DNA of 64,000 bases, from contig OZ024756.1 of NCBI GenBank assembly GCA_964016885.1, forward strand, positions 9,176,001 through 9,240,000, given 5' to 3'. Of the stretch, positions 1 through 13,227 are shown piece by piece. The notes under the pieces are model-generated. The model was not told where the DNA came from, made no database searches, and was given only the letters and a program-made list of their open reading frames with translations. Position numbers and translations under genes: made by a program. This stretch comes from Eledone cirrhosa. Lineage: Eukaryota. Numbering within the stretch: position 1 is the first letter of the stretch; the number at the start of each line of letters is the position of its first letter.

Positions 1-412
1 CACAGCTACAGTTGCTGTGTTGACTGCTGAGTATATTTTACACAGCTACAGCTGCTGTGTTGACTGCTGCATATATTTTACACAGCTACAGTTGCTGTGT
101 TGACTGCTGTGTATATTTTACACAGTAACAGTTGCTGTGTTGACTGCTGTGTATATTTTACACAGCTACAGTTGCTGTGTTGACTGCTGAGTATATTTTA
201 CACAGCTACAGTTGCTGTGTTGACTGCTGAGTATATTTTACACAACTACAGTTGCTGTGTTGACTGCTGCATATATTTTACACAGCTACAGTTGCTGTGT
301 TGACTGCTGCATATATTTACACAGCTACAGTCGCTGTGTTGACTGCTGCATATATTTTACACAGCTACAGTCGCTGTGTTGACTGCTGCATATATTTTAC
401 ACAGTAACAGTT
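1..412. repeat. 40-bp minisatellite
   Basis: CACAGCTACAGTTGCTGTGTTGACTGCTG.GTATATTTTA x10+. Confidence 0.95.
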
Positions 413-766
413 GTTTTGCCGTTTTTTTTTCAGTAAAATGACTATTTTTTTTAAACAAACATTTATTAACAACACATATCTGAATGATTGACAAACGTCA
501 CATCAATAAACTAGTAATGCCATCTAGCTGTGAAGTTATGAACTGTTGGTAACGAGTGGAAACATGTTAGGAATAGTTATCTCGTCTATGGCACTGCAAT
601 GCATACATGTTAGGACAAAATTATCTCGTCTGTGAGACTGGAATACATACATGTTAGTACATCTCATCTACAACACTAAAGGGGTTAATCACTATCCCTA
701 ATTCACCAAGGTTTTATTTATTTATACTTAAATTTCAAATTACCATAATTTTGTATTTTAATTGAT

Positions 767-1102
767 GGAGGCACATGGCTTAGTGGTTAGAGCATTGGCC
801 TTGCAATCGAAAGATTGTGAGTTCAATTCTCAGACCGGGTGATGTGTTGTTTCCTTGAGCAAGATACTTTATTTCACATTGCTCCAGTTTACTCAGCTGT
901 AGAAATGAGATGATAGGGACTGGGGTCCCTATAATTCCACTGCAAAGTGGTCGTGGAGATGCCACGGCAAAAAAGCACCCAGCACTCACTGTAAATGAGG
1001 TTGGTGTTAGGAAGGGCATCCAGCTGTAGAAATCAAGCCAGAATCAGTTCCCGCCCACCCTTGCAAGCAGGGAAAAAGCAGACGTAAAATGAAATGAAAT
1101 GA
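767..1102 (+). mobile_element. tRNA-derived CORE-like SINE family A with RTE 3' tail
   Basis: A box TGGCTTAGTGG, B box GAGTTCAATTC, CORE-like CCTTGAGCAAG..CAGCTGTAGAAATG, RTE tail; six near-identical copies in the window. Confidence 0.88.
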
Positions 1103-1631
1103 ATTAATTCTTATTCTCCTGTGGTACGTGTGGTACTTGATTCCAAATAAGATAAATACATTCCTCAACCCATTATATTTTTTCTATACCTCAATATCCT
1201 GTACCACATGAAACTGCATTAGAAAAAGAGATTCTTGTAAAAGTATAAAACTGAACAGGTAGGAAAATGAGAAATGGTGCCACTCATGCCTTAAAGCCTT
1301 TCCTGTATTTCTAATCAAATAAACTCTATTTCAAATAATTAATTGTTTCTACTTTTGGCACAAGGCCAGCAAGTACCCAGTGTATTACTGGTACTTTATT
1401 TTATCAACCCCATAAGAATGAAAGGCAAAGTTAACCTCGGCGGGATTTAATGAAGAATTTTGAGTGATTTACTAAAATTATTAATTATTTCATTACTGGA
1501 CTTCTGGTGTCCTTGGCCCTAGGGCTACCTCCCTACTACCATAGGCGCAGAGCTGGTCAGCCTTGCAAACTGGAATGGCTCTTCCAGCACATCTCCCTCA
1601 CCATCTTCCGGGGAAACACCTTCTCTATTCT

Positions 1632-1958
1632 GTTCCCGTGGTGTGGCCTGTGTGTGGAACCCTATTTCCTACTACATCTATAGACTTGAGTGTTCCCGGG
1701 GCCGTGGGGTGGCCTGTGTATGGAACCCTATTTCCTACTACATCTATAGACTTGAGTGTTCCCCGGGGCCGTGGTGTGGCCTGTGTGTGGAACCCTATTT
1801 CCTACTACATCTATAGACTTGAGTGTTCCCCGGGGCCGTGGTGTGGCCTTTGTATGGAACCCTATTTCCTACTACATCTATAGACTTGAGTGTTCCCCGG
1901 GGCCGTGGTGTGGCCTTTGTGTGGAACCCTATTTCCTACTACATCTATAGACTTGAGT
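1632..1958. repeat. ~66-bp tandem repeat x5
   Basis: GGAACCCTATTTCCTACTACATCTATAGACTTGAGTGTTCCCCGGGGCCGTGGTGTGGCC.. Confidence 0.92.
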
Positions 1959-2807
1959 AACTTAATGTAAGATTCATATATAAAATTATATAAAAGATTT
2001 TAATTTAAATTGGAAACCTTTAAAATGGCTGGCTTTATTTCATAGGCAGTTTTGGCTGGGTTAGTAACAAAAGGGTTTTAAAAAAACCCCAAAACATTCA
2101 TAAACAAAGTAAATGAAGATCCTAAAACAGAAAAAAAAAAACTGGGTCCAGGACTGAACTGCCCCAAACTTACCATTGTTTTGTGTTTTTACAGAACTTG
2201 AAGAAAAGAACAGTAAGGCTGATAACTGTAGGAATTGGTACACCTCGAAACCTCTGGCACACTAATACTTCGTAACATTTTTGCTATTTAGTAAGGATAC
2301 ACAAAGCAAACACTTTGAAAATCTATTTTGTTTTACTAGACAAAAATTTTTCTGTTTTAATATACAAAGATGATTTCCATGAATTGTTTGTATGTTTATT
2401 TCCTTTTCCTGTTGTTTTTTGTCTTTTTCTTTTAAGATATTATCATACAGGTGAGCCCTTAATAAGAACTTATCCACCTTGATACCAAAACACAATTTCA
2501 TTGAAATATGTAGCGACTGGAAATTAATTCTTCAATAGAAAAACTTTTCTGGCAAATAGGCGCACACATTAGCTTTCTTTCCCTGCTAAACATACCCTCC
2601 AATATTCAGGCACATTATTATTATTAGTAGTAACTGATTAATATATAATGCAGGGGTACATTCAATACTTTTCTTTTCGTTTTGTGGATGACTGATGGAA
2701 AGACTAAGATCAAGATAACAGGAAAGGACAAAAAATTGGTTTTGGTAAATAAACTTGGGTGGTGGAATAACAGTTTAAAAATGGTTGGTTGGAAGGAGGT
2801 GTAAAAA

Positions 2808-2998
2808 TTAGGTTGTAGCTCCCCCAGAGTTTCCAACAGGAACCCCTTTGTGGTACCTTTTGTTTGATCCAGGTCCTGCTGTTAAACTTGATGTTCCAAT
2901 TGGGGACAAATCAGACTTGGACTGACCAAAGTCACCAACTGTTTGCAGGATGTCACCAACTAATACTGATATACATTTCCAGTTACGAAGATAATTTG
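2808..2998 (-). CDS. SEH1L: SEH1L terminal coding exon 10 (ANYLRNWKCISVLVGD...GSNKRYHKGVPVGNSGGATT*)
   Basis: ttcag| acceptor; ANY..NWKC motif; TAA at 2810-2808; total CDS 1098 nt = 365 aa. Confidence 0.88.
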
Positions 2999-3969
2999 CT
3001 GAAGAAAAGAGGAGAAAAAATATTAAGTTATAAAATATTACAGAATAAAAATAGAAATTGTTGTTGTTTGTGTTAGCAATGAATCAAGTAACAATGTCAA
3101 TTTTCATATATCATGCTGCATGGTGGTGAAACATGGGCAGTGACTGAAGGGGACATGTGGTGCTACATGGTAGTGAAACAACCAGTGACTGCAGAGGACA
3201 TTGTGAAGAAGTGTCAGGAAATCCCAGTGGAAGAAAGATGTAGTAGAGGAAGACCAAAGATATGGGCAGAGGTTATGAGAGCTGACATCACTGAGACTCA
3301 TGGAGCAAATGATGAAGGAACATGAAAAGTGGAGATGCTCTGCTGAAAAAGGACCCATCCAACCCATGCGTGGAAAAACAGACGTAAAAACGATGATGAT
3401 GATTGATAACCCCCCCCCCCCACTCCCATTCCCACCCAACCACTTTTGTTGTCACGGTATTTATCAGTCATTATCCCTATATTGTCTTTTCCATTATGAT
3501 ATGGGTTTTAAAGGTGGCGGGGAAGGTTGGCAGAATCGGTAGAGCAATGGACAAAATGCTCTGTGGTATTTAGTTACACCCCCTTACATTCTGAGTTCAA
3601 ATCCCACTGAGGTCAACTTTGTTTTTCATTCTTCTGGGGGTTGTCAGGAGAGTGTTTAAACTCAGAAACCAGAGATCACAGCTCCGATAGTATGGACATT
3701 TGATAAGAATGATTAAGGCAAGAGACCCAGGAGTTGACCACGAGCAAGATGTTTGGATAATATCCATGAACAAAGAAGAAGAGCTAATATTGTCATGATA
3801 CCTACACGACTACTTTACAGTGTAGACTGGGTGCTTTTTGTCATGGCACCAACACAACCACATTTACAGAGAGTACTGGGTGCTTTTTGTCATGACAACT
3901 ACACAACCACTTTACAGTGTGGACTGGACGCTTTTTGTTGTGACACCTATACGTTCATTATTTACTTGA

Positions 3970-4790
3970 TATGCATAGCCAGGTTGGAAGTGGTATCATG
4001 ACTGGCAGGAGTAAAATCAATCGGCTGGAATTTGCAGACGACATGGTGTTACTTAACTCGACAAAAGATGATTTCCGACTTAATGTCGGGTGCTGCATGG
4101 CTGGAATGACGATCAGTGCTGCCAAAACTGAGACACTCGTCCTCTCAAGGAAGCCGGCGCAGTGTACTTTACAAGTGAATGGAGTTTCACTGAAGCAGGT
4201 AGAGAAGTTCACGTATCTCGGGGGCGTCTTCACGACAGATGGAAGGAAGGGGGCTGAATTAAGTGCAAGAATTGCAAAAGCCGATGCAGTAATGCGCCAG
4301 CTTCAGCATTCAGTAATCAGAAGAAGGGAGGTAGGTGTAAAAGACAAATTTGGTATCTTGAATTTGGTTTTGGTGCTAACACTTACCTATGGTCATGAAT
4401 CTTGGGTAATGACCGAAAGAATATGTTTGCAAATACAAGCGGCCGAAATGGGATTGGAGTAACGTTCCTTGATAAAGTGTGTAGCTCGGAGATGAGAGAG
4501 TCACTCCGGGTAGAGCCGTAACTTCTCCAATTTGAGAAACCACAGCTCCAATACTATGGGAATGTGGTTAGAATGTCTCAGGAAAGAATCACTGGACAGA
4601 TTTTACGAGCAAAATCAACAGGTCGGAGACCTAGGGGTAGACCCTGAGCAAGATGGTTGGATAACATCCATGAGCTTGGCTAGTCTTGCTTGGGGATCCA
4701 GCCGAATCAGTTGGAGACAGTTGCTTCTGACAGGACCCGCTGGAAGGAGTGTTTGAGGGCTCTGCCCCCTCAACACTCTCAGAAATAAGT
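3970..4790 (+). mobile_element. LINE RT C-terminal fragment of a second RTE-like family
   Basis: FADD, VEKFTYLG, LTYGHESW; related pieces at 22790-23325 (-) and 30630-31000 (-). Confidence 0.85.
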
Positions 4791-4818
4791 AGGAGCAGTA
4801 GTAGTAGTTGAGAATTAC

Positions 4819-4897
4819 CTTTCCAAAGTCTAACTTTGCCATCATCCCCAGAAGATGCCAAAATGGTGCCAGTAACATTCCATGATAAACGCCAAAC
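4819..4897 (-). CDS. SEH1L: SEH1L exon 9 ([26 protein letters not shown])
   Basis: cgtag|...|gtaat; 79 nt; [22 protein letters not shown] motif. Confidence 0.96.
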
Positions 4898-5220
4898 CTA
4901 CGAATTAGAAAAGGACGGAAAAATAAAGCTAATAATAATAAATACAACGTAACAAACATTTTCATTTCACATTCTCTTACCTTTTTAACCCTTCCAACAC
5001 CACGTTTCTAATGAAATACACGCTATTTTAATTAACTAATGAAGTATTTTGAGGGATTTACTAAAATTATTAATTATTTCATGACTGAGATAGTAACTTA
5101 ATTTAAGGTATTGTGTTGGAAGATTTTAATTTAAAGAGGAACCCTCCATTTCAATTAATTAATGAAGAATTTTAAGGGATTTACTAAAACTATTAATTAT
5201 TTCATTACTAAGATAGTAAC

Positions 5221-5447
5221 TTAACCCTTTAGCATTTACATTACTCTATATTTACAATTATATTTTCATGGTAAAGGCTTTACCTCACACTTATCTCACA
5301 TAATATCGAAGCTATGAGATTTTGATGCTATTTATTTTGAGAACAATACATTAATGTAGGTATGAGCAGCCGGTTACAGCTGGTTTGAACAGAAAGAGGT
5401 GAGAGAGTTCTGGCTGGATACAGCCGGTTTAGATGCTAAAGGGTTAA
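5221..5447. mobile_element. piggyBac-type MITE (~225 bp); other copies 19504-19729, 23949-24152, 36197-36400, 39563-39986, 40087-40313, 55715-55817
   Basis: TTAA target sites with TIR CCCTTTAGCATTTA...T.GATGCTAAAGGG. Confidence 0.85.
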
Positions 5448-5963
5448 TGTAAGGTTTTTATATAAAATTATGTTGGAAGATTTTTATTTAAATTGGAAGT
5501 ATTTAAAATGGGTGACTTTATTTCATAGAACCAGACTGGTAACTAAAGGGTTTAACACATCATTTTCTACACTCTATACTATAGACATTGCTTCAAGTAA
5601 ACTACAACATTCTATTATTCTATTACAGAGATATATATAATTCACCAGGGATTGACTTTTGTGTCTTAGCATATGTTTTAAACTTAGTCTAAGTCTGAGG
5701 TCTGTCTCGATCCCAGACACTCATTAGGCTGGTGCTTATTCCAGTTTCTATGATGTCAAGTGACTGAGAGTACAAGATTCTCCCCTGGACAGGACACAAG
5801 TCCATCGTAGGGTAAAACCCCCAGCTGGTAGCCATCTTCAGCTGAGTATACTGGAGCAACGTAAAATAAAGTATTTGGCTCATGAATAACACAACATACA
5901 TCCCAGGAATCAAACCGCACAACATTATGATTGTAGGTCTAACACCCTTACCACTGGGCCATT

Positions 5964-6270
5964 CTTTAAACTTATGTAGGTTATACACTTTCAACTGAGT
6001 TACTAGACTGTCTCAAATCTATTTTAAACTTGTGTAGGTTATATCAACACTTTCAACTGAGTTACTAGACTGGCTCAAATCTATTTTAAACTTGTGTAGG
6101 TTATATCAACACTTTCAACTGAGTTACTAGACTGTCTCAAATCTATTTTAAACTTGTGTAGGTTATATCAACACTTTCAACTGAGTTACTAGACTGTCTC
6201 AAATCTATTTTAAACTTGTGTAGGTTATATCAACACTTTCAACTGAGTTACTAGACTGTCTCAAATCTAT
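5964..6270. repeat. 62-bp tandem repeat x5
   Basis: TTTAAACTTGTGTAGGTTATATCAACACTTTCAACTGAGTTACTAGACTGTCTCAAATCTAT. Confidence 0.92.
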
Positions 6271-6768
6271 GCAGCAGATACATTATCTCTATTTTCTTCT
6301 TTGCATTATGGTTATATTCAACAGAGGAATTTACTATAATTATGAATGCATCATCTACTCCAAACATGATATTGTCGTGTGTACCTGTATCCTGGAACAC
6401 TGTAACCCTGTATGTCGTAAAAGGTGACTAAAGTGGTTGATGTCAAGAAAGACATCCAACTGTAAAACATTGCCTGAAGCCATCTTATGCAGCCCATGGA
6501 TAACTGGACATAAAAATGATGATATCATTGCCACTTTTTTCCTTTTAGATGGCCTTCGACAAAGTTGAAAGGTCCTCCTGACCCTTTAATTGGAAGGTTT
6601 TCTATGGCTTGATGCCCATCTTATCACCAACTTTAAATAGTCCACATTTCTGCTCACTGTCAGTCATTTGTCTTCATCTGAGAAGTCCAAGCTGTTATTT
6701 TCATGTTAACACCTGGTTTATGAAAATTATACCTGTGGTCATTTTTAATGAGAACATTGAATACGTAC

Positions 6769-6844
6769 CTGATGCTCATGATCATCAAAATGGCCAATTT
6801 GGCAAATTTCATAAGTTGTGTTGTAGTCTGAGTGGCTTTCATGT
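6769..6844 (-). CDS. SEH1L: SEH1L exon 8 (HESHSDYNTTYEICQIGHFDDHEHQ)
   Basis: ttttccag|...|gtacgt; 76 nt; aligns to FEIHIVAQFDNHNSQ; phase-compatible with both neighbours. Confidence 0.9.
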
Positions 6845-7144
6845 CTGGAAAAAAAAGGTAGAATTATAACATTACATCTTACCACAGACATCATCATCAC
6901 CATTTAATGTCCCTAGCATGGGCTAGATGAATTCTCCGATTTGGAGACAAGCAAAATCAAGTGAAAGTGCCATGTTCATATGGAACTGTTTCTGGTTTGG
7001 TTTCTATGGCTGGATGCCCTTCCTAATGGCAACCACATTTACAGTAAATGTAAATCAGATTTCATCATCACCATCACAACTGCTCTATTATTTCTTTAGA
7101 CATGAGTTGCTAATATATAATCCTGCACCCTACCAAGTACATTC

Positions 7145-8645
7145 GATCGTCTCACCAACACCAGAGAGGTTATCTCACTACCGAGATCGTCTCACCAACA
7201 CCAGAGAGGTTATCTCACTACCGAGATCGTCTCATCAACACCAGAGAGGTTATCTCACTACCGAGATCATCTCATCAACACCAGAGAGGTTATCTCACTA
7301 CCGAGATCGTCTCATCAACACCAGAGAGGTTATCTCACTACCGAGATCATCTCATCAACACCAGAGAGGTTATCTCACTACCGAGATCATCTCATCAACA
7401 CCAGAGAGGTTATCTCACTACCGAGATCGTCTCATCAACACCAGAGAGGTTATCTCACTACCGAGATCGTCTCATCAACACCAGAGAGGTTATCTCACTA
7501 CCGAGATCGTCTCATCAACACCAGAGAGGTTATCTCACTACCGAGATCGTCTCATCAACACCAGAGAGGTTATCTCACTACCGAGATCGTCTCATCAACA
7601 CCAGAGAGGTTATCTCACTACCGAGATCATCTCACCAACACCAGAGAGGTTATCTCACTACCGAGATCATCTCACCAGCACCAGAGAGGTTATCACACTA
7701 CTGAGATCATCTCACCAACACCAGAGAGGTTATCACACTACCGAGATCATCTCATCAACACCAGAGAGGTTATCTCACTACCAAGATCATCTCATCAACA
7801 CCAGAGAGGTTATCTCACTACCGAGATCATCTCATCAACACCAGAGAGGTTATCTCACTACCGAGATCGTCTCACCAACACCAGAGAGGTTATCTCACTA
7901 CCGAGATCGTCTCACCAACACCAGAGAGGTTATCTCACTACCGAGATCGTCTCACCAACACCAGAGAGGTTATCTCACTACCGAGATCGTCTCATCAACA
8001 CCAGAGATGTTATCTCACTACCGAGATCGTCTCATCAACACCAGAGAGGTTATCTCACTACCGAGATCATCTCATCAACACCAGAGAGGTTATCTCACTA
8101 CCGAGATCATCTCATCAACACCAGAGAGGTTATCTCACTACCGAGATCATCTCATCAACACCAGAGAGGTTATCTCACTACCGAGATCGTCTCACCAACA
8201 CCAGAGAGGTTATCTCACTACCGAGATCGTCTCATCAACACCAGAGAGGTTATCTCACTACTGAGATCGTCTCATCAACACCAGAGAGGTTATCTCACTA
8301 CCGAGATCATCTCATCAACACCAGAGAGGTTATCTCACTACTGAGATCGTCTCACCAACACCAGAGATGTTATCTCACTTCCGAGATCATCTCACCAGCA
8401 CCAGAGAGGTTATCTCACTTCCGAGATCATCTCACCAGCACCAGAGAGGTTATCTCACTTCCGAGATCATCTCACCAGCACCAGAGAGGTTATCACACTA
8501 CCGAGATCGTCTCACCAGCACCAGCGAGGTTATCTCACCAGCACCAGAGAGGTTATCACACTACCGAGATCATCTCACCAGCACCAGAGAGGCTATCACA
8601 CTACCGAGATCATCTCACCAACACCAGATAGGTTATCACACTGCT
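7145..8645. repeat. 40-bp minisatellite (~37 copies)
   Basis: CCAGAGAGGTTATCTCACTACCGAGATC(G/A)TCTCA(T/C)CAACA. Confidence 0.95.
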
Positions 8646-8894
8646 GAATAAGACCCGTCCCACCCTTGCAAGCAGGGAAAAGCGGACGTAAAATGATGAT
8701 GATGATGATGATATATATATGGGCCTTTCAGTTTCCTTTCACATTATATACATGTCTGTGTATATTTTAATGATTTAAAAATTATTTTTAAGTGAACACG
8801 ATTTTCATTAAATATTTTGAAGTGAACGTGACTCAATGGGTCAGGGGTGGTCTAGTATTAGAGAAAAATATAAAATGTGTAAAAAGAATGTTAC

Positions 8895-9035
8895 TTGATT
8901 GGCGTCATTTCAAATATCTTCAAGTCCTTTGATGCAACAGCTAGCAGATGATAAGACCGTCCAAAATTTGGGGAGAAAGCTAGATCATGTACAGGGTCTG
9001 TAGGTACACTAAGAGTCTGCAGCTTGTTCCATGAC
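8895..9035 (-). CDS. SEH1L: SEH1L exon 7 (SWNKLQTLSVPTDPVHDLAFSPNFGRSYHLLAVASKDLKIFEMTPI)
   Basis: ttgcag|...|gtaac; 141 nt; TDPVHD.AF.PN.GRS.H motif. Confidence 0.95.
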
Positions 9036-9073
9036 CTGCAAAGAAAGTAATTTAATAGAAACATTTAAATATT

Positions 9074-9430
9074 ACACTGTAATATGGTTGTGTTGGTGTT
9101 AGGACAAAGAACACCCAGTCCACGCTGTAAAGTGGTTGTGTTGGTGTCAGGACAAAGAACACCCAGCACATACTGTAAAGTGGTTGTGTTGATATCAAGA
9201 CAAAAAACACCCAGTCCACACTGTAAAATGGTTGTGTTGGTGTCAGGACAAAAAACACCCAGTCCACGCTGTAAAGTGGTTGTGTTGGTATCAGGACAAA
9301 AAACACCCAGTCCACACTGTAATGTAGTTGTCTTGGTATCAGGACAAAAAACACCCAGTCCACACTGTAATGTGGTTGTCTTGGTATCAGGACAAAAAAC
9401 ACCCAGTCCACGCTGTAAAGTGGTTGTGTT
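9074..9430. repeat. 48-bp array derived from the RTE 3'UTR
   Basis: CACCCAGTCCACACTGTAAAGTGGTTGTG units. Confidence 0.88.
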
Positions 9431-10465
9431 TTCCAGACCACTAACTACAATTTGCACAAATTCAAAAGCAACATCTATTGTCGTCTCTCTCTCCTCTAAC
9501 CGTATTGTCTCTCCCTCTCTCTCATCCTTTTTACACTAACTCTACACATTTGAGTGGCTTTATTGTCTTGGTTAAGGTGAGTAAATTAAAAACAAAAAGG
9601 TATGAGAGGAATTGGATGTTGTGTGCAAGAAAGATGACTGTGTTAGTATAGACATGTGATGTGGTAGAGGTAGGTGAAGGAAGACCTTGACAGAAGTAGA
9701 GTACAGGGCTTTCAAGATGTGAAGGAAGACCTTGACAGAAGTAGAGTACACAGCTTTCAAGAGGTGAAGGAAGACCTTGACAGAAGTAGAGTACACAGCT
9801 TTCAAGATGCTGAACCTACTAAAGGAGATGACAAAGGAAGGAGACAAATGGAAGGGTTGTGTGGTGGGGAAGGCTCAACTAACCTGTTATAAAGGCATAG
9901 AATAATGGATGGAAAGATGATGATAGAGTACCAAACATTTATCAATAAAGAAAAGAATTATAGTTGTTTTACAGAGCCTAAGTTCTTGGTTAAATATATA
10001 ATGGATATTTTAGTTAAATACATGAAGTTTCATGATCCCATGATATTTAACATCTCAACACTTAACAGCGCAAGTATACCTAGGCTTACATCATTTGGAG
10101 TTTTGTTTTTTTCTTAACCTTTAGCACACTAATAATTTTTATGAGTTGTTTCCTTTGACACTGCATAATTAAGGGGAAGTTACTCTTATGATGCCTTGTG
10201 TCACTGACAGCACATTGATGGGTAATATTATATGGTAAAAATAAACCTTGTTATGTCGGTCTGCCAAATATATTAAATCATAAAAAAACAATAAAAACAT
10301 ATAAAAATCACATAAATAAATGCTGAGTCAACAGGTTTATATTGGGGTTATATTGACTTCTGGAACAAATTAACAGTGAAGTATATCCCGCCTACAAACA
10401 GTAGGCATCTCTTAACCCAATATACACCTCACCCCACACACCCTACCCCATCCTCCAACTTCTGT

Positions 10466-12050
10466 CCACTGTAAGGTGGTCGTGTAGGAGACACAGTAAA
10501 AAGGCTCCCAGTCCACACTGTAAAGTGGTCGTGTAGGAGACACAACAAAAAGCACCCAGTCCTTACTGTAAGAAGATCGTGTAGGAGACATGATAAAAAG
10601 GCTCCCAGTCCACACTATAAAGTGGTTGTGTAGGAGACACAGTAAAAAGGCTCCCAGTCCACACTATAAAGTGGTTGTGTAGGAGACACAGTAAAAAGGC
10701 TCCCAGTCCACACTATAAAGTGGTTGTGTAGGAGACACAGTAAAAAGGCTCCCAGTCCACACTATAAAGTGGTTGTGTAGGAGACACAGTAAAAAGGCTC
10801 CCAGTCCACACTATAAAGTGGTTGTGTAGGAGACACAGTAAAAAGGCTCCCAGTCCACACTATAAAGTGGTTGTGTAGGAGACACAGTAAAAAGGCTCCC
10901 AGTCCACACTATAAAGTGGTTGTGTAGGAGACACAGTAAAAAGGCTCCCAGTCCACACTATAAAGTGGTCGTGTAGGAGACACGGTAAAAAGGCTCCCAG
11001 TTCACACTATAAAGTGGTCGTGTAGGAGACACGGTAAAAAGGCTCCCAGTCCACACTATAAAGTGGTCGTGTAGGAGACACGGTAAAAAGGCTCCCAGTC
11101 CACACTATAAAGTGGTCGTGTAGGAGACACAGTAAAAGGGCTCCCAGTCCACACTGTAAAGTGGTCATGTAGCAGACATGATAAAAAGGCTCCCAGTCCA
11201 CACTATAAAGTGGTTGTGTAGGAGACACGGTAAAAAGGCTCCCAGTCCACACTATAAAGTGGTCGTGTAGGAGACACGGTAAAAAGGCTCCCAGTCCACA
11301 CTATAAAGTGGTCGTGTAGGAGACACGGTAAAAAGGCTCCCAGTCCACACTATAAAGTGGTCGTGTAGGAGACACGGTAAAAAGGCTCCCAGTCCACACT
11401 ATAAAGTGGTCGTGTAGGAGATACGGTAAAAAGGCTCCCAGTCCACACTATAAAGTGGTCGTGTAGGAGACACGGTAAAAAGGCTCCCAGTCCACACTAT
11501 AAAGTGGTCGTGTAGGAGACACGGTAAAAAGGCTCCCAGTCCACACTATAAAGTGGTTGTGTAGGAGACACGGTAAAAAGGCTCCCAGTTCACACTATAA
11601 AGTGGTCGTGTAGGAGACACGGTAAAAAGGCTCCCAGTCCACACTGTAAAGTGGTCATGTAGCAGACATGATAAAAAGGCTCCCAGTCCACACTATAAAG
11701 TGGTCGTGTAGGAGACACGGTAAAAAGGCTCCCAGTCCACACTATAAAGTGGTCGTGTAGGAGACACGGTAAAAAGGCTACCAGTCCACACTATAAAGTG
11801 GTCGTGTAGGAGACACGGTAAAAAGACTCCCAGTCCACACTATAAAGTGGTCGTGTGGGAGACACGGTAAAAAGACTCCCAGTCCACACTGTAAAAGTGG
11901 TCGTGTAGGAGACACGGTAAAAAGACTCCCAGTCCACACTATAAAGTGGTTGTGTAGGAGACACGGTAAAAAGGCTCCCAGTCCACACTATAAAGTGGTC
12001 GTGTAGGAGACACGGTAAAAAGGCTCCCAGTCCACACTGTAAAAGTGGTT
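10466..12050. repeat. 49-bp array within an RTE LINE 3'UTR (tail continues to ~12192)
   Basis: AAAGGCTCCCAGTCCACACTATAAAGTGGTCGTGTAGGAGACACGGTAA x~32. Confidence 0.93.
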
Positions 12051-12724
12051 GGAAGCACATCCAGCCGTAGAAAACCTGCCAGTTCTGTATGAGTGAGACA
12101 GTCACCCGACCAATCTCGCCTCAAGTGGGACAAAAGCGTCCAACCCATGATAGCGTGGAAGATGGACGTTAAACGATGATGATGATGATGATACTTCTCT
12201 ATCAGAATATATTAACTGTAAATGAAACTATATAAACAAATCAAATGGGAAGTTTATTGAAATATTTTAAAGGAATTCTTTAAAACCTGACTTATATTCA
12301 TTATCATCATGATGTAACAGCCGCTTTCCCTGATAGCAAGGGTTGGACAGGTGTACATAGAACAGGTCAGAACTGAAGCAGGGTTACTGACCTCCCACCC
12401 ACATTCATACTGTATATATGTTATGAGTAGTAAAGTAAAGAACCCCTTCTGTCATGAATGACCATTGGATTTGTACCTAGAAAATTCCCCCCTGAGGCAC
12501 AAGTCCAGACAAGGTTGTTTGTGGAAGACCAACAGTCACCCATGCATACCAGCCTCCCCTCTCCATGTCACTGATGTTCTCGAAGGGAAGGCCAATGGCC
12601 AAATCAGCTTGGCACCAGTGACGTCACAATTCATTTTTCTACAGCTGAGTAAACTGGAGCAACGTGAAATAAAGTGTCTTGCTCAAGGACACAACGCAAA
12701 ACCTGGTCCGGGAATATATATTAT

Positions 12725-13227
12725 TTAACCCTCTAGCATTTAAACCAACTGTATCCGGTCAGAATTCTCTCACCTCTTTCTTTTCAAACCAGCTGTAACT
12801 GGCCACTCATACTTATGTTAAGGTATTGTTCTGAAAATAAATAATATCAAAATCTCATAGATTTGATTTTATGTGATATAATTATGTGAGGTAAAGCCTT
12901 TACCATGAAAATACAATAGTATATATAGAGTAATGTAAATGTTATGCGAGATATTATGTGAGGTAAAGCCTTTACCATGAAAATACAATAGTATATATAG
13001 AGTAATGTAAATGTTATGAGATATTATGTGAGGTAAAGCATTTACTGTGAACATACAATAGTATATATAGAGTAATGTAAATGTTATGTGAGGTAAAACC
13101 TTTACTGTGAAAATACAATAGTATATATAGAGTAATGTAAATGTTATGTGAGATATTATGTGAGGTAAAACCTTTACCGTGAAAATATAATAGTATATAT
13201 AGAGTAATGTAAATGTTGAAGGGTTAA
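12725..13227. mobile_element. piggyBac-type MITE with internal 60/72-bp tandem expansion
   Basis: TTAA-CCC ... GGG-TTAA ends; ~5 internal units. Confidence 0.8.

Noticed and set aside
767-840. tRNA gene
   Set aside because: SINE head: continues into CORE and LINE tail, multi-copy, acceptor stem not closed
6927-8651. 445 aa and 94 aa repetitive ORFs
   Set aside because: 40-bp minisatellite in an SEH1L intron, read through all frames
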